This document shows, piece by piece, positions 8,784-19,519 of a stretch of 64,000 nt of DNA. Each line of letters begins with the position of its first letter. Within the stretch, counting starts at the first letter, position 1. A program made the position numbers and the translations under genes. The stretch comes from a virus. The stretch spans positions 15,661-79,660 of IMG/VR virus record IMGVR_UViG_3300015371_000015; one strand, written 5' to 3'. A model generated the notes under the pieces. The model worked only from the letters and a program-made list of their open reading frames with translations. It was not told the DNA's origin and did not search any database.

Positions 8784-11700
8784 GCAGCGTAGACGACCGC
8801 ATTGTCAACATGCAGTTCAACAACAAGCAATTCGAGTCTGGTGCCACCCAGTCCCGAAAGACCCTCATGGGCCTCGAAGGCGCGATCGCTAAGACCGGTC
8901 AGTCCAAGGGTATCTCCAATCTCGGCGCTGCGGCGACGGGTGTTGGTAAGAAGTTCTCTGTCATGCAGGTGGCTGGCGTCACTGCGGTGGCTACGATCGC
9001 CAACAAGGCGGTCAACGCCGGCCTCAGTCTCGTCAAGAGCCTGACGATCGACCCGATCCTCCAGGGTTGGGATGAGTACAACACCAACCTGAAGTCGATC
9101 CAGACTGTTATGGCGAACACCGGCAAGGGCATCAAGCCCGTCCAGGGCGCGCTTAAGCAGCTGAACAACTTCTCTGACCAGACCATCTACAACTTCTCTG
9201 AAATGGCCAAGAACGTCGGTACCTTCACGGCCGCCGGCGTCGGTCTGAAGCAGTCGGTCTCAGCGATCAAGGGTATCGCCAACATGGCGGCGCTGTCGGG
9301 CTCGAGCTCACAGCAGGCCTCTGGCGCGATGTATCAGCTCTCTCAGGCAATTGCTGCTGGGCGAGTGAACCTCCAGGACTGGAACTCTGTGGTCAACGCT
9401 GGTATGGGTGGTAAGAACCTCCAGAAGGCGCTGATCCAGACCGGTACTGCGATGGGCACGATCGATGCTAAGACGGTCAAGTGGGGCAAGAACATCAAGA
9501 TCGCTGGTCAGTCCTTCCGAGAGTCGATCTCGGCCAAGGGAGGCGCTGCGCCATGGCTTACTTCTGATGTTCTGACCAAGACCCTGGCTCTCATGGACGG
9601 TCGTCTCTCGAAGACGGCTATCACGGCCAACATCATGGCCAAGGGCCAGCACACCATGGCCGAAGCCACGAAGATGGCGGATGAGCAGATCAAGGCGCAG
9701 CAGAAGACTCTTGCGAAGCAGGGGTACAACAGGGAGCAGATCAAGTCCCTGACTTCTATGGCAGATCGGGCTTATCAGTCAGCGACCGTGGTCAAGACTC
9801 TGCCGCAGCTTATGGGCGTGGTGAAGGAATCGATCGGTTCGGTGTGGGCGAACGCCTTCTCTGCGATCGTCGGTAACTTCAACCAGTCCAAGAAGATGTG
9901 GACGGCTGCTGCAAACTCCATCTCGAACGTGATCAAGGGCTTCAGCATGAGGCTCAACAACGCGATCGTCATGTGGAAGAGAGGCATCGACGGGATCGGC
10001 GGAAGGTTCGCCGTCATCGAGGGCTTCAAGGCTGTATTCAAGACAATCGGCTCGATCCTTGGTGTGGTGGGCAAGGCCTTCCGCGATGCGTTCCCGCCTG
10101 GCGGCGAAAGCACTCTTGCCAAGATCTCGATCGGGTTCATGCACCTTGCTCAGGCACTCGTGCCTAGTGAGGCGACCTTGAAGAGCCTGCGAAGCATCTT
10201 TGGCGGCATCTTTGCTGTCCTGCACATCGGCGTCTCACTGGTCACTGGCATTGCTGCCGGATTCAAGGCGCTCTTCGGCGCTATGTTCGAAGGATCCGGA
10301 CAGGCTGGCGGCGGAGTTCTCGCTCTACTGGGCAGCGTCGGCGAGCTTCTGCTCAAGATCAATGAGATGCTCACCGGTGGCGGCAAGATGAAGGACTTCT
10401 TCGTCACTCTCGGCACCGCAATCGGCACGTCTCTGCATCCGGTGGTAGCCATCGTCAGCAGCGTTGTGGGAGCCATTGGCGCCCTTGGCGGTGTTGGTGG
10501 CGGACCTACAGCGTTCTTCGAGTCGATCCAGTCCTCCCTAGGTGGGCTTGCCGGCGTCGGAGACAAGGTCACCGCGGTGTTCACTTCCATCAGCGCATCG
10601 TTCAAGTCACTCGATCCAAGCAAGGTACAGGCTGCATTCGGCACGATCGGCAACATGGTCGGTCAGTTCGCCGGCGAAGGCGCCAAGATCGCTACCGGTC
10701 TCATCACTGGGCTGGTACAGGGTCTGGCTGGAGCAGCTCCTGCTATATTTGCCGCTATCGGCTCGCTTGGTTCATCGATCATCGAGGGCATCAAGAGCGC
10801 GCTTGGCGTGCATTCGCCCTCCTACAAGATGATCCCCGTCGGTGCTGGTCTGATTGCAGGACTGATCATTGGTATCTCTGGAGGCATCGGCGAGGCGCTC
10901 AGCGCTATGGGCACCATTGCCAAGAAGATGTTCCAGGGGTTCATCAACATGTTCAAGCAGCTCTTCAGCGGCATGAACTCGCTCGACATCGCGTCGATGT
11001 TCAACGCACTTCTTACCGGTGGTCTTCTGCTCAGCATGAAGAAGGTCTCAGACACCGTTCTGGACTTCAAGAAGATCATCAACGACGTGGTCGGCGGCTT
11101 GACCAACTCGCTCAAGGCGATGCAGCAGGGCGTCAAGGCTTATGCCATCAAGCAGATCGCAATCGGTGTCGCGCTCCTTGCGGCATCTGTTATCGCGCTG
11201 TCGTTCATCGACCCCAAGAAGATCGCTATCTCCATCGGTGCCATCGGTGCTATGGTGGGCATTCTGGTTGGGGCTATTGCCGCGCTCGGCAAGCTCGCCA
11301 AGGGCGAAGTGAATCTCGCTCTGATTGGTGCAAGCATGACGATGATTGCTGCGGCAGTCTTGACTCTTGCCGGCGCAATCGCAATCCTGGGCAACCTGGA
11401 CATGATGACGCTGGTCAAGGGCATTGGCTCTCTGGCGTTCATCATGGGCATTCTGACTGCGTCTTTGGCTTTGCTGTCGAAGGCGGGAAAGACGTCTCTG
11501 GGTGTTGGTCCGGCCGTTCTCGCAATGGCCGTGGCAATCAACATCATGGCGGTAGCAGTTGCTGCTCTGGGCATGATGGACATGAGTACTCTAGCCAAGG
11601 GGCTTGGCGCAATGGCCATCGGTCTGGGACTTATGGTCGGCGCGCTGATGATCCTTTCATCGGGAACATTGATGAAGCAGCTTGTAGCATCTGGTACAGC

Positions 11701-14104
11701 TCTGGTCCTTGTCGCTACATCGTTGACTATTCTTGCTGGCGTTATTGCTCTGTTCGGTAACATGGACATGGGCACGTTGGTCAAGGGCTTTGCTGCTATG
11801 GCCATCGGTCTGACTCTTATGACCGCATCGTTGATGCTCTTGGGCAATACTGGCCCGTTCGTGATTCTAGCGGCGGCTGGTATGGTCATGATGGCTAAGG
11901 CAATGCTGCTCATGGTCCCAGTCATTGGCATTCTCGGCAGCATGGACTGGGGAACTCTAGCCAAGGGCCTTGGTGCTGTCGCTATCGTGATGGCCATATT
12001 TGTCGCTGGCGTTGCAGCTCTTGGGGCTGTGGCTATGGTCGTCGGGCCTGGTCTAATCATGCTCGGCACCGCGCTATTGCTCGCAGGCGCGGGCATGCTT
12101 GCGTTCGGCACGGGCTTCGCGCTCATGGCGGCCGCTGGTACTGCTGGCGTGGCCGTGCTTACCGCAGCATTCGTGGCGTTTATGGGTCTTCTGCCTGCAC
12201 TGGCACAGCAGCTGGCTTCGGCCATTGTTGCGACTTTGGAGACGTTCGCTAAGGCGGCTCCACGCTGGCGTGCTGCGATGTCGACCATCATTAAGAACAT
12301 GATCGGCGTGCTGAGGGACAACATCCCGCAATTCGGCAAGCTGCTCAAGACCATGATCGCTACTGGTCTGTCCGTTCTTAAGTCGGCCGTGCCTCGGTTC
12401 ATCGAGACAGGGTTCACGATCATCGACAAGTTCCTGGCGAGCGTTGCGGCCCACGTGCCCAACATTGTCAAGTCGGCGGTCAAGATCGCTGTCAGCTTCA
12501 TGCAGACAATCGGTAATCAGGCAGGCAAGCTGGCTGATGCTGGCGCCAAGATGATCATCAAGTTCATCACGGCAACGGCCAAGGCTATCGACAACAACAG
12601 CAAGCAACTTGGAACGGCCGCAGGCAAGCTGGGCGTCGCCATCGTCAAGGGCATCGTCAAGGGCATCGGGGGCATCGCTCACGAGGTCATGGACGCGGCC
12701 GGCGAGCTGGCACAGAAGGCTATCAACAAGATCAAGGACAAGCTCAGTATCTTCTCGCCTTCGAAGGTGACCGAAGAGCTGGGTATGTACTTCGGCATGG
12801 GCTTTGCGCAGGGTATCGCTGGCCATCAGAAGCCGGTAAGCGATGCTTCGGGCTCTCTTGCTGATGCGTCCATCAACGCCATCGAATCGGCTCTGCTGAT
12901 TCAGTCCCCATCCAAGAAGGCTCAGTGGTGGGGCGAGATGATCGGTGCAGGACTGGCAGCTGGCTTGAAGAAGGCTAACATGCCTGCAGTTAAGTCTATG
13001 CTGGACTTCATTAACTCGATTACAGCCGCGGGCGATAGTACCGTGCTGTCTAGGTCGAGGGCTGCGGAGAAGGCAGAGGCCACCGCGGCAAAGTCAGCAG
13101 TTCGAGCAGACATCGCCAAGAAGCGTGCAGCAGCAGTCCCGGCGAAGAACAAGAAGGCCAAGAAGGCGGCAAACGCAGCAGCTACCAAGGCCGCTAATCA
13201 GGCCAAGAAGGATGCTGCAGCTGCAGCTACTGCTAATAAGTCTGTGGAGAATGCGATCGCTATGCGCGACGCGGACGCCAAGGGCCGAGGCGACATCTAT
13301 CAGAGTTACGCCACGTCGAATGCTGACAAGGCAACGAAGCTGTTGGCGAAGGCTGCGCAAGAGTCGGCTTCGGCCAAGGCACTTGCTAGAACCAATGCCA
13401 GGCTGGCAGCTCAGCTTCGCGCACAGGCGGTTAAGGATGCCAAGGCAGCCAAGACCGCGGCAGACAATGCTAAGAAGTACCAGCAGACGGCGCTGAATTA
13501 CTACGCTGTCGAGGTTAACGATCGCATCAAGGCCATGAGGGATGCTCAAGACGCGGAGGCGAAGGCAAAGGCCGATCAGGCTGAGCTGGACGCCGCGACA
13601 GATCCTCAGGCTAAGGCGGACATCCTCAACAAGAGGGCGGCTGCCAACGACGTGCTCGCAGCGCAGTACAAGGCCGACATGGAGACCTTGATTGCTCAGG
13701 CGCAAGCCGAGGCAGGAAAGAACGCCACGAAGGCCCTTGCTTTGCTTGATCAGGCGGATGCAGCTGCTGCGGCGGCTAAGGACGCTGCGGATCAGGCGGA
13801 ACAGCAGCGCAAGGATGCAGAAGCAGCACTGGGAACTGACACTACTAGCTCGGGCTCTGGTCCGGGCACCATCACGCCATCCGACGACGTGCTCGCACAG
13901 GCTGCGAAGATCGTCGACAACTACACGGCGTCGATGCAGCAGGCCGAACAGGCCGCTTTGGCTGACCAGCCTATCCAGCAGTTCGTCCAGAACAACTACT
14001 CTCCGGAAGCCTTGAGCGTTTCGGAGGTTTATCGACAGACCAACAACCTTATGTCGCTCGCCCAGCTCAAAATGGGAGGAATCAAGCGACCTGGAGACTC
14101 GTAA
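8780..14104 (+). CDS. Tape measure protein
   Basis: ~1770 aa Ala/Gly-rich with hydrophobic repeats and HSPS/FSPS/QSPS motifs; GTG start overlapping upstream stop. Confidence 0.93.
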   Translation: MSSVDDRIVNMQFNNKQFESGATQSRKTLMGLEGAIAKTGQSKGISNLGAAATGVGKKFSVMQVAGVTAVATIANKAVNAGLSLVKSLTIDPILQGWDEYNTNLKSIQTVMANTGKGIKPVQGALKQLNNFSDQTIYNFSEMAKNVGTFTAAGVGLKQSVSAIKGIANMAALSGSSSQQASGAMYQLSQAIAAGRVNLQDWNSVVNAGMGGKNLQKALIQTGTAMGTIDAKTVKWGKNIKIAGQSFRESISAKGGAAPWLTSDVLTKTLALMDGRLSKTAITANIMAKGQHTMAEATKMADEQIKAQQKTLAKQGYNREQIKSLTSMADRAYQSATVVKTLPQLMGVVKESIGSVWANAFSAIVGNFNQSKKMWTAAANSISNVIKGFSMRLNNAIVMWKRGIDGIGGRFAVIEGFKAVFKTIGSILGVVGKAFRDAFPPGGESTLAKISIGFMHLAQALVPSEATLKSLRSIFGGIFAVLHIGVSLVTGIAAGFKALFGAMFEGSGQAGGGVLALLGSVGELLLKINEMLTGGGKMKDFFVTLGTAIGTSLHPVVAIVSSVVGAIGALGGVGGGPTAFFESIQSSLGGLAGVGDKVTAVFTSISASFKSLDPSKVQAAFGTIGNMVGQFAGEGAKIATGLITGLVQGLAGAAPAIFAAIGSLGSSIIEGIKSALGVHSPSYKMIPVGAGLIAGLIIGISGGIGEALSAMGTIAKKMFQGFINMFKQLFSGMNSLDIASMFNALLTGGLLLSMKKVSDTVLDFKKIINDVVGGLTNSLKAMQQGVKAYAIKQIAIGVALLAASVIALSFIDPKKIAISIGAIGAMVGILVGAIAALGKLAKGEVNLALIGASMTMIAAAVLTLAGAIAILGNLDMMTLVKGIGSLAFIMGILTASLALLSKAGKTSLGVGPAVLAMAVAINIMAVAVAALGMMDMSTLAKGLGAMAIGLGLMVGALMILSSGTLMKQLVASGTALVLVATSLTILAGVIALFGNMDMGTLVKGFAAMAIGLTLMTASLMLLGNTGPFVILAAAGMVMMAKAMLLMVPVIGILGSMDWGTLAKGLGAVAIVMAIFVAGVAALGAVAMVVGPGLIMLGTALLLAGAGMLAFGTGFALMAAAGTAGVAVLTAAFVAFMGLLPALAQQLASAIVATLETFAKAAPRWRAAMSTIIKNMIGVLRDNIPQFGKLLKTMIATGLSVLKSAVPRFIETGFTIIDKFLASVAAHVPNIVKSAVKIAVSFMQTIGNQAGKLADAGAKMIIKFITATAKAIDNNSKQLGTAAGKLGVAIVKGIVKGIGGIAHEVMDAAGELAQKAINKIKDKLSIFSPSKVTEELGMYFGMGFAQGIAGHQKPVSDASGSLADASINAIESALLIQSPSKKAQWWGEMIGAGLAAGLKKANMPAVKSMLDFINSITAAGDSTVLSRSRAAEKAEATAAKSAVRADIAKKRAAAVPAKNKKAKKAANAAATKAANQAKKDAAAAATANKSVENAIAMRDADAKGRGDIYQSYATSNADKATKLLAKAAQESASAKALARTNARLAAQLRAQAVKDAKAAKTAADNAKKYQQTALNYYAVEVNDRIKAMRDAQDAEAKAKADQAELDAATDPQAKADILNKRAAANDVLAAQYKADMETLIAQAQAEAGKNATKALALLDQADAAAAAAKDAADQAEQQRKDAEAALGTDTTSSGSGPGTITPSDDVLAQAAKIVDNYTASMQQAEQAALADQPIQQFVQNNYSPEALSVSEVYRQTNNLMSLAQLKMGGIKRPGDS

Positions 14105-14118
14105 GAGAGGAGACTACC

Positions 14119-14946
14119 TTGCTAACGCGAATTGACGTCGACAGCGAGAACGCATTCTACATCCCGATTGCCGGCGCTACGCCGAAGGATAGTCTCATCG
14201 TCCAGAAGATTGAGGGTCTGAACCCACCGGATGTCACTCTGTTCATGGGTGATTACGCAAGAGACGGCGGGAACTACCAGGGGCGCAGGGTTGGGAACAG
14301 GAACGTGGTCATCACCTTCGACCTTAATCCCAACCCTGCGCTCGGGGAGACCGTAGATGGCCTTCGTGAGCTCCTTTACAAGGCCTTTCTGGATCCTCAG
14401 CCCGACGCCGACTACATCAAGCTGAACTTCCTCGATGACGCAGGACGTACAAGGTACGTGGTCGGCTACACGGAAAAGATCGAGACTTCACCCTTCGACA
14501 TTGACACCTCTGCGCAGGTGTCAATCATCTGTCCGGACCCCTACATCCGAGACGACATCAAGACGGTCAAGGCAGACCCTAGTGGATGGATCAACGTTCC
14601 ATTCAGCTACAAGGGCACGGCGGAGACGGGCTTTGAGGCGGAGATCTACATCACTGCGCCGACCGATACTCTCACGCTGGAGAACAACGGTCGCACTATG
14701 GTCTTTAACCGCTCGTTCTTTGCGGGCGACGTTATCAAGATCAACACCAATGCAGGTTCTCGTAGCATTACAGTTGCTCACGCCGGCGAACCCGTTAAGT
14801 CGATCGTTGCGAGCATGAGCGCTCTGTCCCCGTGGCTGCAGCTTCACTCCCAGAACAACAACATGAAGGTCTATGGAGAGCAGACGACCGATCTGGTCGC
14901 CGCAGTTCGCTCTTTGGGGTACACCCAGTCCTATTGGGGGATTTAA
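14119..14946 (+). CDS. Distal tail (Dit-like) protein
   Basis: Directly after tape measure; DGG..RR..RNVVI, ICPDPY motifs. Confidence 0.8.
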   Translation: MLTRIDVDSENAFYIPIAGATPKDSLIVQKIEGLNPPDVTLFMGDYARDGGNYQGRRVGNRNVVITFDLNPNPALGETVDGLRELLYKAFLDPQPDADYIKLNFLDDAGRTRYVVGYTEKIETSPFDIDTSAQVSIICPDPYIRDDIKTVKADPSGWINVPFSYKGTAETGFEAEIYITAPTDTLTLENNGRTMVFNRSFFAGDVIKINTNAGSRSITVAHAGEPVKSIVASMSALSPWLQLHSQNNNMKVYGEQTTDLVAAVRSLGYTQSYWGI

Positions 14947-16037
14947 TGGAGTTCCAGACACTCAACGAGGACTTCCAGGCAGAGCATGTCGTAGAGAACT
15001 ACGAGACTCTCATCTGGACCGAACGTTACTCAACCAACGGCGAGTTCCAAGCCACCTTCAACAACATTCCTGCCGGCCTAGCGCAGCTTCCGGAAGGCTC
15101 GTACGTCACTCTTCGTGAGTCGACGGTGCCCATGAAGGTCGAAACTCACAAAATCGAAAAGAAGAAGAACGCTGTCCCAGTATTGACTGTTACCGGTCGA
15201 ACCTGTGAGGCCTGCTGGCTTGAGCAGCGCCAAAGCGTTAAGGATCTGCCTAGCGCTGCGGGTCGCCCTGCGTGGACCATTACGGCAGACAAGCAATCAG
15301 ATGCTGCCTACAAGGCCATTCGCACCGTCATTGGAGATGAAGAGCGCTTCAAGGATGGCGTTTCGGTATTGGCCGCTATTGCTCCCTCGATCTCAGCTAA
15401 GCGAGCTATTCCACAGGCGAGTCTCATCTTGCCTCAGGATTACAGCACGTTGACAACGAATACTTACGAGATCAAGGCCGGCAATCTCTACACGGTAATC
15501 ATGGAGCTGATCACGGCGAATTTCCACGGCATTAAGTCGGTTCGCCCAAACACAAGCGACACTCGTGTAGACATCGAGATCTACAACGGCTCTGATCGAA
15601 CTGATGAGCTCGTCTTCGACGCACGATTCGATCAGATCGACGACGCCACATATTTGTTGAGTAAGCAAGGATCTTGCGACATTGCTCTTGTCTACGGTCC
15701 CAACGGTAGCCAGCAAGTCTTGAAGAATGCTACCGAAGAGCCGGAAGGTCTTGAGCGACGCGAGCTCCTGGTCGACGACTCAGGCTCTACGTCCGAAATC
15801 CGAACGAACCACGGTCTTGTCGAGCTATACAAGTACAACGCTACGGCGCTGTTCGACGGACAGATCGCTGAGCAGGTAGCTTCGGGCTACAACAAGGACT
15901 ACTTCCTTGGCGATTTGCTTAAGCTGACGGGACAGTACGGTCTTTCGCAGATCGTGCGGGTTGCTGAGTTCATTCGGTCTTCTGACAACACCGGAACAAA
16001 GGCATACCCCACGTTCGAGGCAATCACCACCTCATAG
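14946..16037 (+). CDS. Minor tail hub protein (ReqiPepy6 gp37-like)
   Basis: YETLIWTERYSTNGEF, GLERRELLVD, YNKDYFLGD, PTF. Confidence 0.82.
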   Translation: MEFQTLNEDFQAEHVVENYETLIWTERYSTNGEFQATFNNIPAGLAQLPEGSYVTLRESTVPMKVETHKIEKKKNAVPVLTVTGRTCEACWLEQRQSVKDLPSAAGRPAWTITADKQSDAAYKAIRTVIGDEERFKDGVSVLAAIAPSISAKRAIPQASLILPQDYSTLTTNTYEIKAGNLYTVIMELITANFHGIKSVRPNTSDTRVDIEIYNGSDRTDELVFDARFDQIDDATYLLSKQGSCDIALVYGPNGSQQVLKNATEEPEGLERRELLVDDSGSTSEIRTNHGLVELYKYNATALFDGQIAEQVASGYNKDYFLGDLLKLTGQYGLSQIVRVAEFIRSSDNTGTKAYPTFEAITTS

Positions 16038-16053
16038 AAAGGGGGGTCGTCGA

Positions 16054-16317
16054 GTGAGTCATAGGCAGGAGGGGCCAAAACTTCCCCGTAAGCTCGACCC
16101 TCATACCGTTCAGCTCATTGTGAAGATTTTTCGAGACATGGCGATCTTCATTCTCGGCGCATATGGGTTCGTCCACGAATTATCACGAACCGGCGCTGAG
16201 CGTCCACAAATCCTGATCTTGTGCGGCATGATGATGGGTCTGCCGCTGATCATCCGGGGGGACGAGAAGAAACAAGAGGAGGTGAAACCAGATGACAGCA
16301 GCAAGGCCGCTTCCTAG
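16054..16317 (+). CDS. Small membrane protein (lysis region)
   Basis: Two hydrophobic segments; start uncertain. Confidence 0.5.
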   Translation: MSHRQEGPKLPRKLDPHTVQLIVKIFRDMAIFILGAYGFVHELSRTGAERPQILILCGMMMGLPLIIRGDEKKQEEVKPDDSSKAAS

Positions 16318-16440
16318 GCGTGCGCTTGAGTGCGTCCATCGGGTTCACCGGAAGTATTACAACACTACCAACTACATCGCGATCATGGTCACGATTCTCG
16401 TGATCCTGCAGATCTGGTGGATGTATGGAGGAGGGCATAG

Positions 16441-16860
16441 ATGAATCATCGTGCTAAGCAGCATTGGCTGAAAGAGTTCTTGAACAAGTACCCACAGGCC
16501 ATTGCATACTTAGGCCTTGGTTTGATCTTGGTTCTGATCTTCACTCTCCAGACCATTAGCAACCACAATACGTTCAAGAGTCTGTGCGTTTCCGGCATCG
16601 ATTCTCGAAACGTAGATCGGGATCAGACGCAGCGAATTTACAACCTCGCTGTCAGCACGCTTCCGAAGAACAACGAGGGTCTTACTAAGGACCAGATCAA
16701 GCGACTCAATGCTTACGTGAAGCAGGTTCAAAAGTTTCGCGATGAGTCTTTCGCTACGATCAAGCCGTCGGAAGCGTGTAAGCCTTTCGTCGATGACGAT
16801 GTGGTCACGCCGGAGCAGTGGGCGAAAGAACACCCGCCCAAGCCGCTCAACGAATCCTAG
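16441..16860 (+). CDS. Membrane-anchored protein
   Basis: N-terminal TM helix; RBS GGAGG. Confidence 0.6.
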   Translation: MNHRAKQHWLKEFLNKYPQAIAYLGLGLILVLIFTLQTISNHNTFKSLCVSGIDSRNVDRDQTQRIYNLAVSTLPKNNEGLTKDQIKRLNAYVKQVQKFRDESFATIKPSEACKPFVDDDVVTPEQWAKEHPPKPLNES

Positions 16861-16868
16861 GAGCATAC

Positions 16869-17312
16869 ATGGCAAACCCCGAGCCGGTTAACGGCGCACA
16901 CAAGGCTGAAGAGGTCGGAAACCCTCTATTCAGCGGGCCTGTCTACGACAAGCTCAAGTTCATCGCCCAGGTAGTCCTGCCTGCGGTTGCTACCTTCTAC
17001 ATCACGGTGGGCAATCTGTGGCATTGGCCAGAGCCTGAGAAGGTGTCAGGCACGATCATGGCCTTCGACTTCCTGCTGGGTGTGATCCTGGGGATTTCAT
17101 CCAACCAGTTCAAGGCAATCGACCGCGCTCAAAAGGTCATCGAGCAGAATACCACTGCTGCCACGATCATCACCGACAGCGTGGATCCGGACACTGGGAT
17201 CCCCAACATCGGGCTGAAGATCACCCAGCCTTTGGAAGAGGTGTTGAAGTCCAACACCATCCGGGTGAAGGTCGACAACCAGCTACCTCCAGAGCATCAG
17301 TTACCAGGCTGA
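16869..17312 (+). CDS. Holin (Dp-1 holin-like)
   Basis: YDKLKFIAQVVLPA..GTI...FLLGVILGISS pattern, two TM helices. Confidence 0.8.
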   Translation: MANPEPVNGAHKAEEVGNPLFSGPVYDKLKFIAQVVLPAVATFYITVGNLWHWPEPEKVSGTIMAFDFLLGVILGISSNQFKAIDRAQKVIEQNTTAATIITDSVDPDTGIPNIGLKITQPLEEVLKSNTIRVKVDNQLPPEHQLPG

Positions 17313-17339
17313 AAACTTCAAAATGGGAGTGACGACTAA

Positions 17340-17633
17340 GTGCATGTAGAAGACATTCTCCGAATCATCAATCTCGTTCTCGCGATTCTCACGATTGTGT
17401 GGCTGGTAATCCGCCGGTTGCGAAATCGTGGAGATTACGGAAGAGGCTCTCTTCGACGCGACATCTGGACGTCATCGTTTTTGTGGTTCTTAGCCGCCAT
17501 CGTCGGTACCTACGAGCAGCTGTTCGATACGGGCACCTACTTCCGTGTCGTCTTTACTCTGGGAGCGATTCTGACAACGATCAGCATTCTCGCCAGACCG
17601 AACAAAGAGTGGGTTGATGGTACCCAGGGATGA
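17340..17633 (+). CDS. Membrane protein (3 TM)
   Basis: Hydrophobic segments; last gene of the structural/lysis block. Confidence 0.55.
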   Translation: MHVEDILRIINLVLAILTIVWLVIRRLRNRGDYGRGSLRRDIWTSSFLWFLAAIVGTYEQLFDTGTYFRVVFTLGAILTTISILARPNKEWVDGTQG

Positions 17634-17644
17634 TCTGTCCGCCT

Positions 17645-17673
17645 TCGCGCTAGAAACAAGTACTTAAATGAGA
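17645..17673 (+). promoter_or_regulatory. First of 24 copies of promoter-like motif TCGCG-N5-AACAA-N4-TNWRAT-GAGA
   Basis: Copies start at 17645, 18146, 18483, 18640, 18823, 20680, 21771, 23411, 25771, 37724, 41044, 41391, 46272, 46579, 46891, 47246, 47502, 47811, 48129, 48385, 49140, 49431, 49790, 55718; identical spacing, all + strand. Confidence 0.85.
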
Positions 17674-17700
17674 ACTATCCTCTAGCGAAAGGCACAGCCT

Positions 17701-18051
17701 ATGGACCCCGACCGCTTTGAAGCGATCCAGAACGGATTCCTCGACCAGATCGACCAGGAGCCGCTCGAAGCCGACAAGACCGCCACCATGATCAAGAACC
17801 TCGAAGCGTTCTCGAAGCTCCAGCCTCGCGTACCCGCGCCTGAGCCCGCAACCACTCCTCCCCTTCCGGAGACCAAGTGGGACCGGTTCAAGTGCGGCGT
17901 CGCGAAGGTCTGGGACAACGAGACGACCCGAGTCGCGATCAAGGCAGGCGCGTCTGTCGGCGGAGTGATCTTCGTCGGCTGGCAGACGATCCACAAGGAC
18001 CGCGTCATCGAACGTCAGGCGCTCGCGCAGGCCAACCAGCGCAGTCTGTAG
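17701..18051 (+). CDS. Hypothetical cassette protein
   Basis: After motif 17645; followed by terminator. Confidence 0.7.
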   Translation: MDPDRFEAIQNGFLDQIDQEPLEADKTATMIKNLEAFSKLQPRVPAPEPATTPPLPETKWDRFKCGVAKVWDNETTRVAIKAGASVGGVIFVGWQTIHKDRVIERQALAQANQRSL

Positions 18052-18060
18052 TTCCAAGAA

Positions 18061-18097
18061 GGGTGGGCCTCTGTGAAAACAGGGGCTTACCTTTTTG
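18061..18097 (+). terminator. Intrinsic terminator
   Basis: ggtgggcctctgt/acaggggcttacc stem followed by TTTTT. Confidence 0.7.
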
Positions 18098-18196
18098 TTC
18101 AGATCGAAAATCCCCCGGGGCAATTTTGCCGAAAACTTTTGTGAATCGCGTAGGTAACAATGACTAAAATGAGACACCTACCCCAAGGAGATTCCT

Positions 18197-18445
18197 ATGC
18201 AAGACGAGGACCTTAGCACCCTCGCGTACTGGAGTGAAATGCTCACCAAGACCGTCAAGCGTCTGGAGCCGTACCAAGAGAAGCTGATTCAGATCCCGAT
18301 CGAGACCTTCACCTACGAAGATCACGTGAGGCTGCGTCATATCCTCCTGGACATCCAGGTCGAGACCGGCCTTCTCGAGCGTGACATCCAGAAAGCGAAG
18401 AAGCGCAAGCCGCCCACCTTCCTGCAACGCCTCTTCAACAAGTAG
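18197..18445 (+). CDS. Hypothetical cassette protein
   Basis: Motif 18146, RBS AAGGAG, downstream GGGTTAGGGTTT hairpin. Confidence 0.7.
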   Translation: MQDEDLSTLAYWSEMLTKTVKRLEPYQEKLIQIPIETFTYEDHVRLRHILLDIQVETGLLERDIQKAKKRKPPTFLQRLFNK

Positions 18446-18506
18446 CACATCAAGCCCGCCCCGCAAGGGGTTAGGGTTTCGCTCGCGCTGGAAACTGCTA
18501 CTAAGA

Positions 18507-18621
18507 TGAGACCCAGAACCCACCGAAGTTCTGGCCTAGCCTTACTGCCGTATTAAATCGTCCCGAACGATCCAGAACACAAGTTCCTAAGTGCGCTTTA
18601 AGAGTGGGCGCACAGGTCTCA
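18507..18621 (+). ncRNA. Candidate multi-hairpin small RNA
   Basis: tgagacc/ggtctca terminal stem enclosing four hairpins; follows motif 18483; no RBS-ORF. Confidence 0.5.
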
Positions 18622-18690
18622 ACTGTTCATATTTTTCTCTCGCGCTGATAACAACTACTGTAATGAGACCATCCCAGTTTAGGAGCCACC

Positions 18691-18777
18691 ATGATCCGTC
18701 GAACCGTGTTCGTCATCGTCTTCTACGAAGGCGTGCCGACGCTCGTCATCGCCACGATCTACATCCCCCTCTACTGA
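18691..18777 (+). CDS. 28-aa hydrophobic peptide
   Basis: Motif 18640, RBS AGGAG, terminator hairpin. Confidence 0.55.
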   Translation: MIRRTVFVIVFYEGVPTLVIATIYIPLY

Positions 18778-18878
18778 CCCACCACCTTAGCCCATTTCCC
18801 CTGGGCTTAGGTTTTGGCGGCCTCGCGAGTAAAACAATCACTGTAATGAGATACCAACCCATCCCTCAAGGAGAAATC

Positions 18879-18971
18879 ATGCACATCGTCTTCAAGATCC
18901 TGCTCGTCCTCGCCGCCCTGCTCGGACTGGCCGGACTCGTGAAGTTCATCGTGAACCGCCTCGAGAGCTGA
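18879..18971 (+). CDS. 30-aa single-TM peptide
   Basis: Motif 18823, RBS AAGGAG, terminator hairpin. Confidence 0.6.
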   Translation: MHIVFKILLVLAALLGLAGLVKFIVNRLES

Positions 18972-19075
18972 ACCCCTCGGCCCTAGCCCATTGCACCCTC
19001 CAAGCCACATCGCAATGGGTTAGGGTTTAGCTTTTTCCCACCATCCCACAAGCACCACCTAACAAGGAGACATAC

Positions 19076-19519
19076 ATGAACGACCAGCCCATCCCGACCC
19101 CCGCCCTGACCGAGCAGCTTCGGAAGGTCAAGAACCACCGCTACTTCAAGGCCGCGATCATCGGCGTCGCCGCAGCCGGCGGTGCGTTCCTCGCTGTCCG
19201 TGCCTCGCTCAAGCAGATCACCGATGACGTCCACCACATGGCCGGTCACGTGCACAACCTCGACCACAACGTCTACAACGAGGCCAGCCACGTCATCGAC
19301 GAGATCCACGCTCAGCAGCGCCTGCGCAACACCAGCCGTCGTACGATCGACATGGCGATGCACGCCAACGCCGACTTCGACTACTACCCCGGTCTCGGGG
19401 TGCGCTACGCCTCGATCGAGCAGGCGGACAAGGCCGAGCGCAAGTGGCTGGAGCGTCAGCAGGAGATCGAGTCGGGCAACGTCACGCCCATCTCCAAGAA
19501 CAAGAAGAAGGCGAGCTGA
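19076..19519 (+). CDS. Hypothetical membrane-anchored protein
   Basis: RBS AAGGAG, one TM segment. Confidence 0.7.
   Translation: MNDQPIPTPALTEQLRKVKNHRYFKAAIIGVAAAGGAFLAVRASLKQITDDVHHMAGHVHNLDHNVYNEASHVIDEIHAQQRLRNTSRRTIDMAMHANADFDYYPGLGVRYASIEQADKAERKWLERQQEIESGNVTPISKNKKKAS

Noticed and set aside
18467-18479. Telomere-like GGGTTAGGG
   Set aside because: Single copies forming the 3' arm of terminator hairpins, never tandem
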